From contig NC_089433.1 of the NCBI RefSeq assembly GCF_026210795.1, positions 4,898,001 to 4,962,000 on the forward strand: a DNA stretch of 64,000 bases. The letters are read 5' to 3'. Below, piece after piece: positions 53,331-64,000 of this stretch. This stretch comes from Rhizophagus irregularis (Eukaryota). Position 1 is the first letter of the stretch, and each line of letters begins with the position of its first letter. Both the position numbers and the translations under genes were made by a program. The notes under the pieces were generated by a model. It saw only the letters and a list, made by a program, of their open reading frames with translations, was not told the origin of the DNA and did no database searches.

Positions 53331-54264
53331 ATGAAAATTTCCATTATTATTTCTAAGATTGTTTTTATTCTTTATTTTATTACATGTATTGGTGCAGGTA
53401 TATATATTATATGTATTGATACATTTTTAATAATTTTTAAATAATTTTGTTTAATACGACCCTTTAATAAATATTTATTTTGTTAAAAAATATAGAAATT
53501 TGGCATCTGAAAACTTTATTTGACATTGGAGATTATAATGATTACGGTGTACATCGAGAAATCTTTACCATGATTTATACAAATTTCTTGTAAATAAATA
53601 ATTTTATATATTATTTATTTTTAATTTAATGAATTTAATATTCTAATGTAATTAATATAATTAATATATAATTGATGTAATTTTTTTTATAGTTATTTTA
53701 TTGGAAATTTATTATTAATAATATTTAGTAAGTAATTAATTTTGAATTAATTTTAGACAAATTGAATACTAACTGCATTTTTTTTTTAGCAATACAATAT
53801 ATGAATGATGATGATGAAAGTTTCGGGATATATATTGCGTAAGTATAATTGAATTTTTCTATTATCATATTTATTTAACTTGTTAAATAATCTGATAATT
53901 TTCTTGTAAACCAGCTCTTATTTATATACCCAGTTTGTGATATTAATGGGTAAGTTTTAATTTAAAATAATAATTTTACCTTAAAATTGATCTTTATTAA
54001 TAACATTTTATTTTAATAGTTGGATGTAGATTCGTGATTACATATTCATATCTCGGTCAAATCCCTTTTAATTGTGATTTTGATCATTATTTACCAGATA
54101 ATATTAAAATTGCATGTAAAGCAAGATATTTAAGTTGTACCTTAGGTTTCTCTTCTTATATACTTCCATTTATTCCTTTATTAATTAATGGTTCATATCG
54201 CTCATTTAAAATTTTATGCTCTTTAATTTTTAATTATATACAAAAAAATTTATTTATTTTATAA
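53331..54264 (+). CDS. 4-TM membrane protein, 174 aa, MARVEL-like topology (exons 53331-53397, 53496-53589, 53693-53727, 53790-53838, 53915-53949, 54020-54264)
   Basis: All five GT-AG introns join in phase (525 nt total); TACTAAC branch site in intron 3; four hydrophobic segments and a C-x13-C loop before the last TM. Confidence 0.8.
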
Positions 54265-54660
54265 TATTAGTTTTTTTCACATGCTTTAAGATTTTTTTAT
54301 ATGCCTCTACTAGTGAAAAAATTTGTCTTTATAAGTTTGTATACGTAAATTTCTAATAAATTATGAGTTCGGAATTTTGTTCCATCATTTTGACTTAACC
54401 ATACATATTCAACAAATTAAAAACATGTAAATTTATGAGATAAAAACAAAATCAATCATAGTAATAATGTTAATCAACTTACACTTTATCTTTTTTATTA
54501 CAGCAGAAAATCATTGTTTGAATATTAAAAAATTTCTTCAACGTGCTAATCCTAAGAATATTATTATAGAAAATCTTTGCATTGTTGCTGACTTAGCCAA
54601 GTCTTTTAAAAAAACTTGTTGTCACCTGATCACCACGTTGAGGTGCAGCAACATTGATCA

Positions 54661-55535
54661 GGGGGGGGAAGGGGAAAACGAAAGGGAAGGGGAAAAGGGA
54701 AAACGATAGGGGAAAAGGGAAAACGATAGGGGAAAAGGAAAACGATAGGGGAAAGGGGAAAACGATAGGGGGAAGGGGGAAAACGATAGGGAAAGAGGAA
54801 AACGATAGGGGAAAAAGGAAAACGATAGGGAAGGGGAAACGAAAGGGCAGGGAAAAGGGAAAACGAAAGGGAAAAGGGAAAACGATAGGGAAAGGGGAAA
54901 ACGAAAGGGAAAGGGGAAAACGATAGGGAAGGGGAAACGAAAGGGCAGGGAAAAGGGAAAACGAAAGGGAAAAGGGAAAACGATAGGGGAAAGGGAAAAC
55001 GATAGGGAAAGGGGAAAACGATAGGGAAAGGGGAAAACGAAAGGGAAAGGGGAAAACGATAGAGAAGGGGAAACGAAAGGGCAGGGAAAAGGTAAAACGA
55101 AAGGGGAAAAGGGAAAACGATAGGGGAAAGGGAAAACGATAGGGAAAGGGGAAACGAAGGGAAGGGAAAGGGGAAAACGATAGGGGAAAGGGAAAACGAT
55201 AGGGGAAAAGGGAAAACGATAGGGAAGGGGAAACGATAGGGAAGGGGAAACGAAAGGGCAGGGAAAAGGGAAAACGAAAGGGGAAAAGGGAAAACGATAG
55301 GGAAAGGGGAAAACGATAGGGGAAAAGGGAAAACGATAGGGAAAGAGGAAAATGATAGGGGAAAAAGGAAAACGATAGGGGAAAAGGAAAAACGATAGGG
55401 AAGGGGAAACGAAAGGGAAAAGGAAAACGAGAGGGAAAGGGGAAAACGATAGGGGAAAAAGGAAAACGATAGGGGAAAAGGAAAAACGATAGGGGATAGG
55501 GAAAAGGAAAACGAGAGGGAAAAGTAAAGCGAGAG
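54661..55535. repeat. Polypurine minisatellite (GGGAAAAGGGAAAACGATA)n
   Basis: ~19-bp units over ~870 bp; source of the P/F-rich spurious ORFs. Confidence 0.92.
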
Positions 55536-56170
55536 GGGAGGAGGAAAGAGCAACGAAATACACACCACCCACACACAAACCCACACACAAACCTACAACA
55601 ACCCACATACCTAAAGGAAGACGTAAAGAAAAGGAGCCTAAGAATAAAAAAAGAAAAAAAGACCGAGAAAACCCAAGACAGACCTAAAAAAAAGAAAATA
55701 AAGAAGACAAAGAAAAAAAAGATAAAGAAAACTGATATATTTATATTATTTAATTATATACTCATGAGTCATGACAATACCACATCAGGATCATAAGATG
55801 AGTAATTTATTTTGCGTAATCAATATGAGTAATTATTATTAAGTCCGAAGTGTATTGTACATAGTCACGTGCCGGACGGATAGACGGACATTTTAGTATA
55901 GCAAAAAAAGCCAAAAATTATCAGTGTTACAATGTAGGGGTGAACGTAGGTGGAAGGAAGAAATATTTCATGGGTTAATTATTAAATCGTCTAGTGCAAA
56001 TTTGGAGGGAAAATTAATAAGAATACGGTTCAAGGGTTTTATGAGAGAAATATCACGAAGAAAGATGGTTACATTAGCACATTAGATGATATTGGTTTAT
56101 GGATAGATAGAATAACTCGCGAAAATTTAGATAGTAATGCGGAGTAGTGAGAAGGAACTGCGTCTAGGGG

Positions 56171-56816
56171 AACAGGGCGGACATCCCCATATTATCACGA
56201 TATTGCCGATCATTTTGCCGATCACTTGACCAATATTATCACATAAAAAAATACCGTTGAATTAGTTTTTTCACAAATTCTACATAATGATGTAAAAAAT
56301 TTCGATTTTATTTACTTTATTTTATTTATTGTTAATAAATTAGTTCTTAAAATAATTCATAAAGATTTTGTCAAATATCAGACATATATTAATTTTACAA
56401 TAATTGTAAGCATTTATTTAATGATAACTTTTGGGTTATCAAAAATTATCCAGGTTTATTTTAGCCATTGATTCTTGAATACCTAAATAATATACTGTAA
56501 AAGTTTCAAGTTTCGCCCGAAGATCTGTGGCTTCGCCCGAAGCTTCAAAGTCACGTTAGCAGATGATCGGCATATATATAGCATATATATTAATTATTGA
56601 AAATTTGACGTAAAATCTAACTTTGGAAACACACCTTATTTTGCCACAATACTTTTATATTAATTTATTGATAAATTAAACTATTAAATAAAATAATTTA
56701 ACATAAATTGTCAGGACATTTATTGCTTGGAATAAAGCTTCAAATTTAACGTGATATCACTTATATCATGATCGGCAAGTGATCGACATTGTGATATAAT
56801 GCATGTCCGCCCTGTT
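56171..56816. mobile_element. Mutator-like MITE
   Basis: TIR AACAGGGCGGACAT; 9-bp TSD GTCTAGGGG; TGCCGATCA subterminal repeats. Confidence 0.9.
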
Positions 56817-57139
56817 GTCTAGGGGCGGGTAGGCATACTTTCTTGCTTCATTCCTCCCTTGAGACACCACTATCCCATTTTATATAGAAAACCAACTCCT
56901 TTATCATTTATAACTCAAGAATACGATAAAGCCTTACTTTGATTTTTTAAACGTGTGTGCGCGTGTTTGTTAACTGTTTTTATTTCACATGATGAATTTT
57001 CAGCTGGGGCCCCCGGCCGAAATATTATTTTATTAATAAAGAACGAAGGATAAAAAATAAATACAATGATTCGAGACTCTGCTCGTGATACATGACGTTT
57101 ACTATGCTAATATATATGATTATTTTTTCGAATCAGGTT

Positions 57140-57293
57140 CTTCATATTCTTCGGAATCTTTGTCCAAGCCTTGCTTCTTATTAAGTTCGATAGCAAGCGG
57201 CAGTTCACTCGCCTGGGAAATTTCGCCCGGACTATAAAGCAGAAAATGCCAATCTCTGGCGGTGATCACAATACCATGCAGGTAATCGAAATA
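57140..57293 (-). pseudogene. Fragment of Crinkler-associated REase-like family protein
   Basis: FDYLHGIVITARDWHFLLYSPGEISQASELPLAIELNKK resembles the YGIVTTxxDWxFL C-terminal motif of CRN-type nuclease-fold domains. Confidence 0.55.
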
Positions 57294-57656
57294 CCATTTA
57301 AAAAACATGTCAAAGATACTTTATACGAATTGTTTTGAAGAAAATTTTGGGATCTACACTATTTTCCAATTATTTTTATTACAAAAAATATTCTGTCATG
57401 AATTTAAAAAAAAAAATACAATGTAATTATTATGGTACTATATTTATTGCTTTTATGTATGAGAAAGAAAATTTTGTAGGACATCTACTAAATAGAACTT
57501 TAAAATTGCAACATTTTTCGAAGTTTTAACTTTGAAACATACCCAAAATTTGTGCTTCCCAAGGAAGGAATGGTCCGTCTAAAACCTACGCTTAAAAGCT
57601 ATGTGATTGGATGATCTACAATCACACGTAATTTTACTGCGCCATTCGTCCGGATA

Positions 57657-58078
57657 ATAAACTTTTTTGGATATTTTAGTTTAGATCTAATAAATATTGA
57701 TACTTCCATCTTAAACGGGTTAGTAGGTAGAATAACATATAATTATTTTTTTATATGTTATTATAAATTTTATTAAAATAATAAAAGAAATGCGCGTTAC
57801 TAACAAATATATATATATATATATAAACTTTTTAGTTTTTGATCATCACAACAAAACATTAATACATTTATTAAAAAAAAAATAAACTATTGTGAAAAGT
57901 ATGTGCTATTCCCCTAAGGAAATCAATAGTAATTTTTTGTATTTATTAAATCTAACAAAGAAATACGTGTTACTAACAAAAAAAATTCCCTATTTCATAT
58001 AAAGATATATGTAAAATATTTATAAAATTTTTACATTTAATTTCATATATATGTCGGTGAAACATTTTTGTCGGTGAA
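57657..58078. repeat. ~400-bp inverted repeat, right arm
   Basis: Reverse complement of 51832-52232, ending in two TGTCGGTGAAA motifs. Confidence 0.9.
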
Positions 58079-58365
58079 ATGCATATGCGCTAATCTATAC
58101 CCTAACCCTAAATTTTTGAGATAACCCCAAATTTTGTAAACCAATCATAATGATAGTCAAATCACCTGACATTATGGTAACACCAATGACACAAAATTTT
58201 TTATATATTGTTTCGATTTTTCTCTTATAGCAGTAAAGAAATATGATATTGAGACTCGTACTGAATTTTAATTACCGTACTTATCACATTTTTGTAGATC
58301 CGTTGTACAATTTTTTATATCATGTTAATTTTTTTTAACGCGTCAAAAAAACTGTTACTTTCTAA

Positions 58366-60635
58366 ATGTCAAATTCTAATCAGCAAAGACCTTATGAAGA
58401 AGAAAATTACCCTATTTCACCTGAAATAATATACTATGGTGACCGAAAATTTGTTTATATTGTCATTCAAGAAGGTATCTACCCACCGGCTGTGAATTAT
58501 ACTGAAGCGCCTAATTATTTTCCTATACCTGATAATTATACTATTAAAACTACCTGGGGTCGGGCTAATAACAGCCGTACTATTCAATGTTCTATTTACT
58601 ATGTAGAAGAAAAACCTCATTACTTAATTTGTTTTGGAGATAATTTACAATATCAAGTTTTTTCAGCTCAATCACCATTTGATGCTTCTGTTGAACTACA
58701 CAAAGTAAGTTATTATATGTTTATTATTTAGAAAATTTTAAAAAAAATCATAAAAGAAGGTATTCTAATATATACATACTTTATTAGATTATAACACCGG
58801 ATAGGAGAACTGCTGTTTCTGGAGTTCATCTTTTTGGACTTCAATTAAAATGCATTAATAGAAATCGCAAAGGTAGACCACGTGAATTGAAACTTCATAA
58901 AGAATCAAGCAAAACTACACAAATTAAACGTGCAAAAGGTCTTGCAAAAAAAGAACAGGTGCACTTTGAAAATACAATTAAAGATTTTTACAATCCCAAA
59001 GATCGTGTAGTTTTAAAGGCTATAGATTTTACTGTAGAAAATAAAGAATACCATGTAACATTTGGTGATGAGAATTATGTTAAAAAAAAACAAAAATTGC
59101 AATCAATTGCATATGTACAAGACATAGAAAATATACCTCGTGATGCATATCGTCATCTTGCAGCTGTAGAATCAATATTACCACGAGAATATGCTATTTC
59201 TTAAACCCGTCAAGAGATTAATGCATATATGGAAGAATTAATACCCATTAATTTCATTGATTTAAATTCTACCATTATGCAAGAAGGATTTTTGGAAGAA
59301 CCTGATATAACTGATCCATTAATTATTGAACAAGTTATTAATGCAACTGGAAAAGGTGCTTACCGAAGTGTTAAAAAAATTCTTGAGTATATAATACCAT
59401 CATATGTTGAAAAGGGAATATTAGATCCTGCAATACCAACTATTCATCTTCGAATATCTGGTGATGGGCGGAACGTAGGACGAAAGGTGAAGCATGTGAT
59501 GATTACCATAGCACTATTGGATGATTCAATAAACATTTGTAAGCCCAATTACCATTATACAACTATCTTATTTCCGGGAAGTGAAAATTATCCAACTCTA
59601 AAAGTTGCAGCAAATGCTCTTACTCAGGAATTGCAAGAACTGAGTAATGTAGGAATAGTTATCAATAATACTCTTTGGAATTTTGAGTTTTTTTTTAGCT
59701 CAGATTGGAAATTTCTCGCTACCTGTTTAGGTTTTAATGCTGCAAATTCCAATAATTTTTGCCCATGGTGTGAAATAACAAAAAATCAACGTGGAAATGG
59801 GCAAAATGACTGGACAATTAGTAAATCAATGAGTAGTTTAAATGAAAATTCAACAGCATACCCTGGTCATAAATTACCTCCACTTTTCAATATGATTTCA
59901 CTTAAAAATCATGTTCCAGATAAACTTCATATAATGTTACGTATTACTGACCGTTTATGGGAGTTAGTTTTACAAGAAATCAAAAATGAGGGATTATTTA
60001 ATGACATAACTCGGAATATTATAATTAAGGAGATGGAAAATTTAAAAATCAGGTTTGAGTTTTGGAATATTCATGGTACTAATAATTGGAATTACACTTC
60101 CTTAATGGGTGATGATAAGCTTTGTGTTCTTCGAAACTTTAATTTGACAAAACTTTTTGATCCAGAACGAGCCGCATTAATTAAAAGTTTGTGGGATGGA
60201 TTTGCTGAATTATATGATCTTTTAGGAGAAAAAACAACAGATCCACAATATTTTCGTTTAAAAGCAAAAGTATGGTGTGAATTATTTTTGAAAAAAACGG
60301 TAATAGATTCCAAAACTAATACTATTTTAGAACAAGGACTTTATCGATCATCAGATATAACCCCTTATATACATGTTTTAGTATCACATGTTTGGGAATT
60401 TATGCTTATCCATAAAAGGTGGGGATTAAACGCATTTTCGTGTAGTGCTGTTGAAAAAAAGAATCACGATCATGTCTGTTATTTTTTTAAGAAAACTCTC
60501 AAGAATGGCGGAAAATTTCAAAATAAAACATCAGCAATTTGTGAAATTTTGGAACATGAAAACCGACTTTTATTTTATACTCAAAATAACATCTCTCTTT
60601 CCTATCCAAAACCTCAATATATTCACATTTTATAA
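58366..60635 (+). pseudogene. RAG1/Transib-like DDE transposase with FYR-like N-terminus; one in-frame stop (exons 58366-58704, 58788-60635)
   Basis: RISGDG, SSDWKFL, FCPWC, PDKLHIMLR, PYIHVLVSH, SCSAVEKKN occur in RAG1-core order; TAA at 59202-59204 is in frame with the downstream ORF; ~728 codons in total. Confidence 0.8.
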
Positions 60636-60737
60636 TTTCTTTTAATACATTTTATATACATTGAAAAAATTGTCTTTAATTAAAAGAAAAAATTCTAAAC
60701 ATATGTATATAATTTTTTTTTCTATTACAATAAAATT

Positions 60738-61382
60738 TTAGATTTGTCTCACCCAAAAATGTATGTATATAAATCCTGCTTCACAATAATTCTCTTTTGC
60801 ATCTTTTTCACCTTTAATTTTCCATTCAATAATAACTTCTCCAGGATTATATCTAGATTTGCGTCTATGAGTGGCTATACTTTCAGTAGCACAACGAGTT
60901 GCAATAGCCAGTGGATTATTTTTCAAATGCTCAGGTGGATCATTAAATAAAACAACATAAGTTTGTTGTTCTTCATCATAAAATTTTCGACCCCACAATG
61001 GATTATTCAAGATTTCACTTAATATTTGATATCCAGCAGATCCTCGGAAAATACACTTGTAGACATTTCTATTGCTATGATGATGGATATACCCTTTGAA
61101 AATATCAAAAAACTGATGTTCAGTACATGCAAGCGACACTAATTGACGACCTCCCTTTTTAAATCCATGTGGAAGTTTGCGGTGAATTAAATAAACCAGA
61201 ATACTTTTGAATTTTTCATTATTTGTTTCTGGTAATTTATCCAAATCACTATGTGAAATATTATATCTTTTCACAATACTCAAATGCCGTGAAAGTCCAC
61301 CTTGTTTCTTATATCTTTTTTGACAAGTAGGACAGATAAATTCTGATGCAGAAGTAGTAAAAGACGTTGTAAGTGTTGACAT
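60738..61382 (-). CDS. Unknown 214-aa protein with degenerate C2H2-like finger, convergent to the transposase
   Basis: ATG at 61382 after a probable 5'UTR intron; FICPTCQKRYKKQGGLSRHL; stop lies ~100 bp from the transposase stop. Confidence 0.75.
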   Translation of the reverse strand: MSTLTTSFTTSASEFICPTCQKRYKKQGGLSRHLSIVKRYNISHSDLDKLPETNNEKFKSILVYLIHRKLPHGFKKGGRQLVSLACTEHQFFDIFKGYIHHHSNRNVYKCIFRGSAGYQILSEILNNPLWGRKFYDEEQQTYVVLFNDPPEHLKNNPLAIATRCATESIATHRRKSRYNPGEVIIEWKIKGEKDAKENYCEAGFIYIHFWVRQI

Positions 61383-63471
61383 ATTAGTAATTGAATCTGA
61401 AAAAAATATAAAATATTTTAATAAAAATAAAAAATAGTTTTGCAAAAACTAATTTTATTTACAACTAATAACTGGTAACATTCGAAATTGCGAGATGCCA
61501 ATTGCCTTCTACTAGTCTTCCACTACTCAAACTCATCGGTTTTAGACTGCGCTCATCGGTTAGACGCGTTTTTTAATATGTTATTTTTTTTTTAAGGGTG
61601 CGTTCGCTAAATTTGATCATGAGAATTTTTTTTTTTACTAATTGTAGCTGTGTAACGTTGATCAAAATTACTATATAAAATTAGGCCCAATTTTGATAGT
61701 TAGCCGATATGGATTGTCAGTGAAGGTGAGTTAAACGCGACCCGTGCCCGGGTGCCGTGCCACAAGTTGACGATGTGCCTCAAATCAACGATCGGCTCCC
61801 ACCTTTATAATGCCTTAAGAATTTTCTAGAATTACTTTTCACATAGTAATCATCAATGATTATCGTCAATTTGGAGCATATTGAGATTTCGGGCAAAACA
61901 TTAACATGCAATACTTAAAAAAAGCTCAATGTAATGTGAACAATTGATACGACAGAGTATACCCAACCTGCCAGAAGCATTTGGACGGCACTTTTTCAAA
62001 TAATGGTGGTATTTTATAATTCTGTGATTGACAAATAACAAATCCCTAAATTAAAAAATTTTCATCTATTGAAGTTAGAAACATGAAAATATCGTCATTC
62101 GATGTCACATCATAAGTTCATTCAACGTCTTTGTTAATTCTGCGTCCAATTAGTAAAACATCATTAAAATGTATTGAATTTCAAAAATCAATTTTTAACA
62201 TGCAAAGCGTAAAAGCGTTACATCGTAGAAAGACGGTCCAAAGCTCATTAATAGATTTGTCATAATGAATGCAAAATACATTATATTGAAGTGTATACTA
62301 ATATATATTTTTATTATTTGATTTTCTTTTTCTTAATATGAGTTTTTCTAACATTGCGCAAAATTTTCAAAATGTTACACAGATAAATCCATCCAATAAA
62401 GTCAAGCAAAGTATGGTCACGTGGTTTTCAGGTAGCACACCATACGGTTTAATTTAAGTATCGCTAATAGTATATTTAATTATGTACAAAGGCTAAATGT
62501 AATTAATCATTTCGATCATGCTTCTTGAACAAAAAAAACTAAACAATAGTAAAAATGTATGTAGTGTATGCGTTTTTGGTTAAAAACAAGTATACATATA
62601 TGAATTTGTGGAATTTGTGGCTTACATATAGTATGGAAATTTGATCGTACACTACATATACATAACCCCGATGGTACGTGATTTGCCTAATGTGTAGTTT
62701 AAAATGAAAGTCTAAAAATGGTGTCAAAATAATATCATTTTTGCCACTTTTTATTGTATTTTCTATTTTTTTTTCTATTGTTAATAACCTTTTTTTTTTT
62801 TTTAAGAAAAGAATTTAAAGTATTTTTTTTTTAATTATTTTTAAAATGAAAAATTTGCGGGAATTTTCTTAAAAAAATTAAATTGAAGTAATCATTGTTT
62901 AAAAGAATAAAAATTCACGGAAATTTTTCTTAAAAAAATAAAATTTTTAATTATTTATTTTTTAACAATTATAAAAAAAAATTCGCGAGGGTTTTTCTTA
63001 ATTACTGTATTTTTTTTTAAAACAATCATTATTTAAAAAGAAAAGTTCACAAAATTTTTTAAAAAATAAAAAATTCTTAAATAATTATTGATTAAAAAAA
63101 ATTTTGCAAAAAAATTTTTCTGCTATATTATCTACATTCTATCGGTACAAGTCCTTGTATATAAACGTTCGCTTGTATCTTCTTTCTTAATATAATTCAA
63201 AATTGATTCCAATATAAGAGTTCTTATTCGATGAAAATAGTGTTTCTTAGGAGTCTGACGACCTAAAAAAAAAAATAAAGAAATGAAACGTTAGTACGTT
63301 TTTTTAACGCAATTAAACAACACTTTCCTCTCTAATATACCGTTCAGGTTCCGTCCAAGTTTCCGGAAGTCTGGAGACCACAAAAAGAAAAATAAATCCG
63401 ACGCTCCTAATAAAATTTTATTATTTATAATAAAATAAAATTGTTTATAGAAAAATGAATATTTTTTTTTT

Positions 63472-63894
63472 GGGTATTGCTAAATATCACCAGTGGTGAT
63501 CGTCACCACATGTAAAATATTTTTTGAATTTTCAAAAATTTTTGACTGAGATATTATTCTAATTATAATATAAATATCATTAATTTATGGGTAGAACAAG
63601 TTTGCCTTAGATTATAAAGGCTGTTGTTTAGATAGTTTTTGAGAAAAATAGGAAAGTTTGATTTTATAAGCAAAATACAATTTTTTGTTTTAAAAAAGAT
63701 TTTTTTTAGTCAAATTTTCAAAATTTTAGTGTTATTAGTATCTACTCAGGTTTGTTTTACACATTTATTATTTAAATTGAAATTTTTGAAAAAAAAATTT
63801 ACGATGTGTTTTTTAACTCTGGCCAAAATTATAATTTTCGGCCAGAATTAAGTGGTGTGATGACGATCACCACCGGTGATATTTAGCAATACCC
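63472..63894. mobile_element. Mutator-like MITE in a poly-T target
   Basis: TIR GGGTATTGCTAAATATCACC(A/G)GTGGTGATCGTCA; T10 on both flanks. Confidence 0.88.
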
Positions 63895-64000
63895 TTTTTT
63901 TTTTAAAATGAAAAATAATAATAATAAAATAATAAAATAAGTTATATAACGGATTACAAAACCATAAAACCATAAAAAAAAAATTTTTTTTTAAAAAATA

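Larger units (their letters stand above)
51805..61743. mobile_element. Putative large DNA transposon with RAG1/Transib-like transposase, convergent partner gene and cargo
   Basis: Exact 19-bp inverted termini GGGTCGCGTTTAACTCACC (51805-51823, 61725-61743); TTCAC(C/T)GACA subterminal motifs; no TSD found. Confidence 0.6.

Noticed and set aside
54593..55608. Three 316-337-aa P/F-rich ORFs and one G/K-rich ORF
   Set aside because: Stop-free frames are a by-product of the polypurine minisatellite.
60738..61445. Partner gene as a RAG2 homolog
   Set aside because: Too short for a six-bladed kelch propeller, and no kelch GG motif periodicity or PHD finger is visible.

Overview
AT-rich, intron-containing eukaryotic DNA. 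Its gene families (F-box/RNI-like, truncated TKL kinases, Myb-like, Crinkler-type fragments) suggest an arbuscular mycorrhizal fungus such as Rhizophagus; this is an inference. The intact genes are a truncated kinase, a 6-exon UDP-glycosyltransferase, a catalytically dead hAT-derived gene, a C2H2 factor, a Myb-like factor, two F-box/RNI-like genes, a secreted 453-aa protein and a 6-exon 4-TM membrane protein mostly missed by the ORF track. Between them are many non-autonomous DNA transposons with clear TIRs and TSDs (hAT 8 bp, MULE 9 bp, Tc1/pogo TA, CMC 3 bp), a structured SINE-like insertion, decayed transposase fragments and several tandem arrays. There are two top leads. (1) A ~9.9-kb segment bounded by 19-bp inverted termini (51805-61743) carries a RAG1/Transib-like transposase with an FYR-like N-terminus and one premature stop, a convergent partner gene and cargo. 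(2) A decayed ORF at 574-1556 resembles a colicin D-type tRNase followed by an ImmD-like immunity domain. All family assignments are by-eye motif recognition, not database results.
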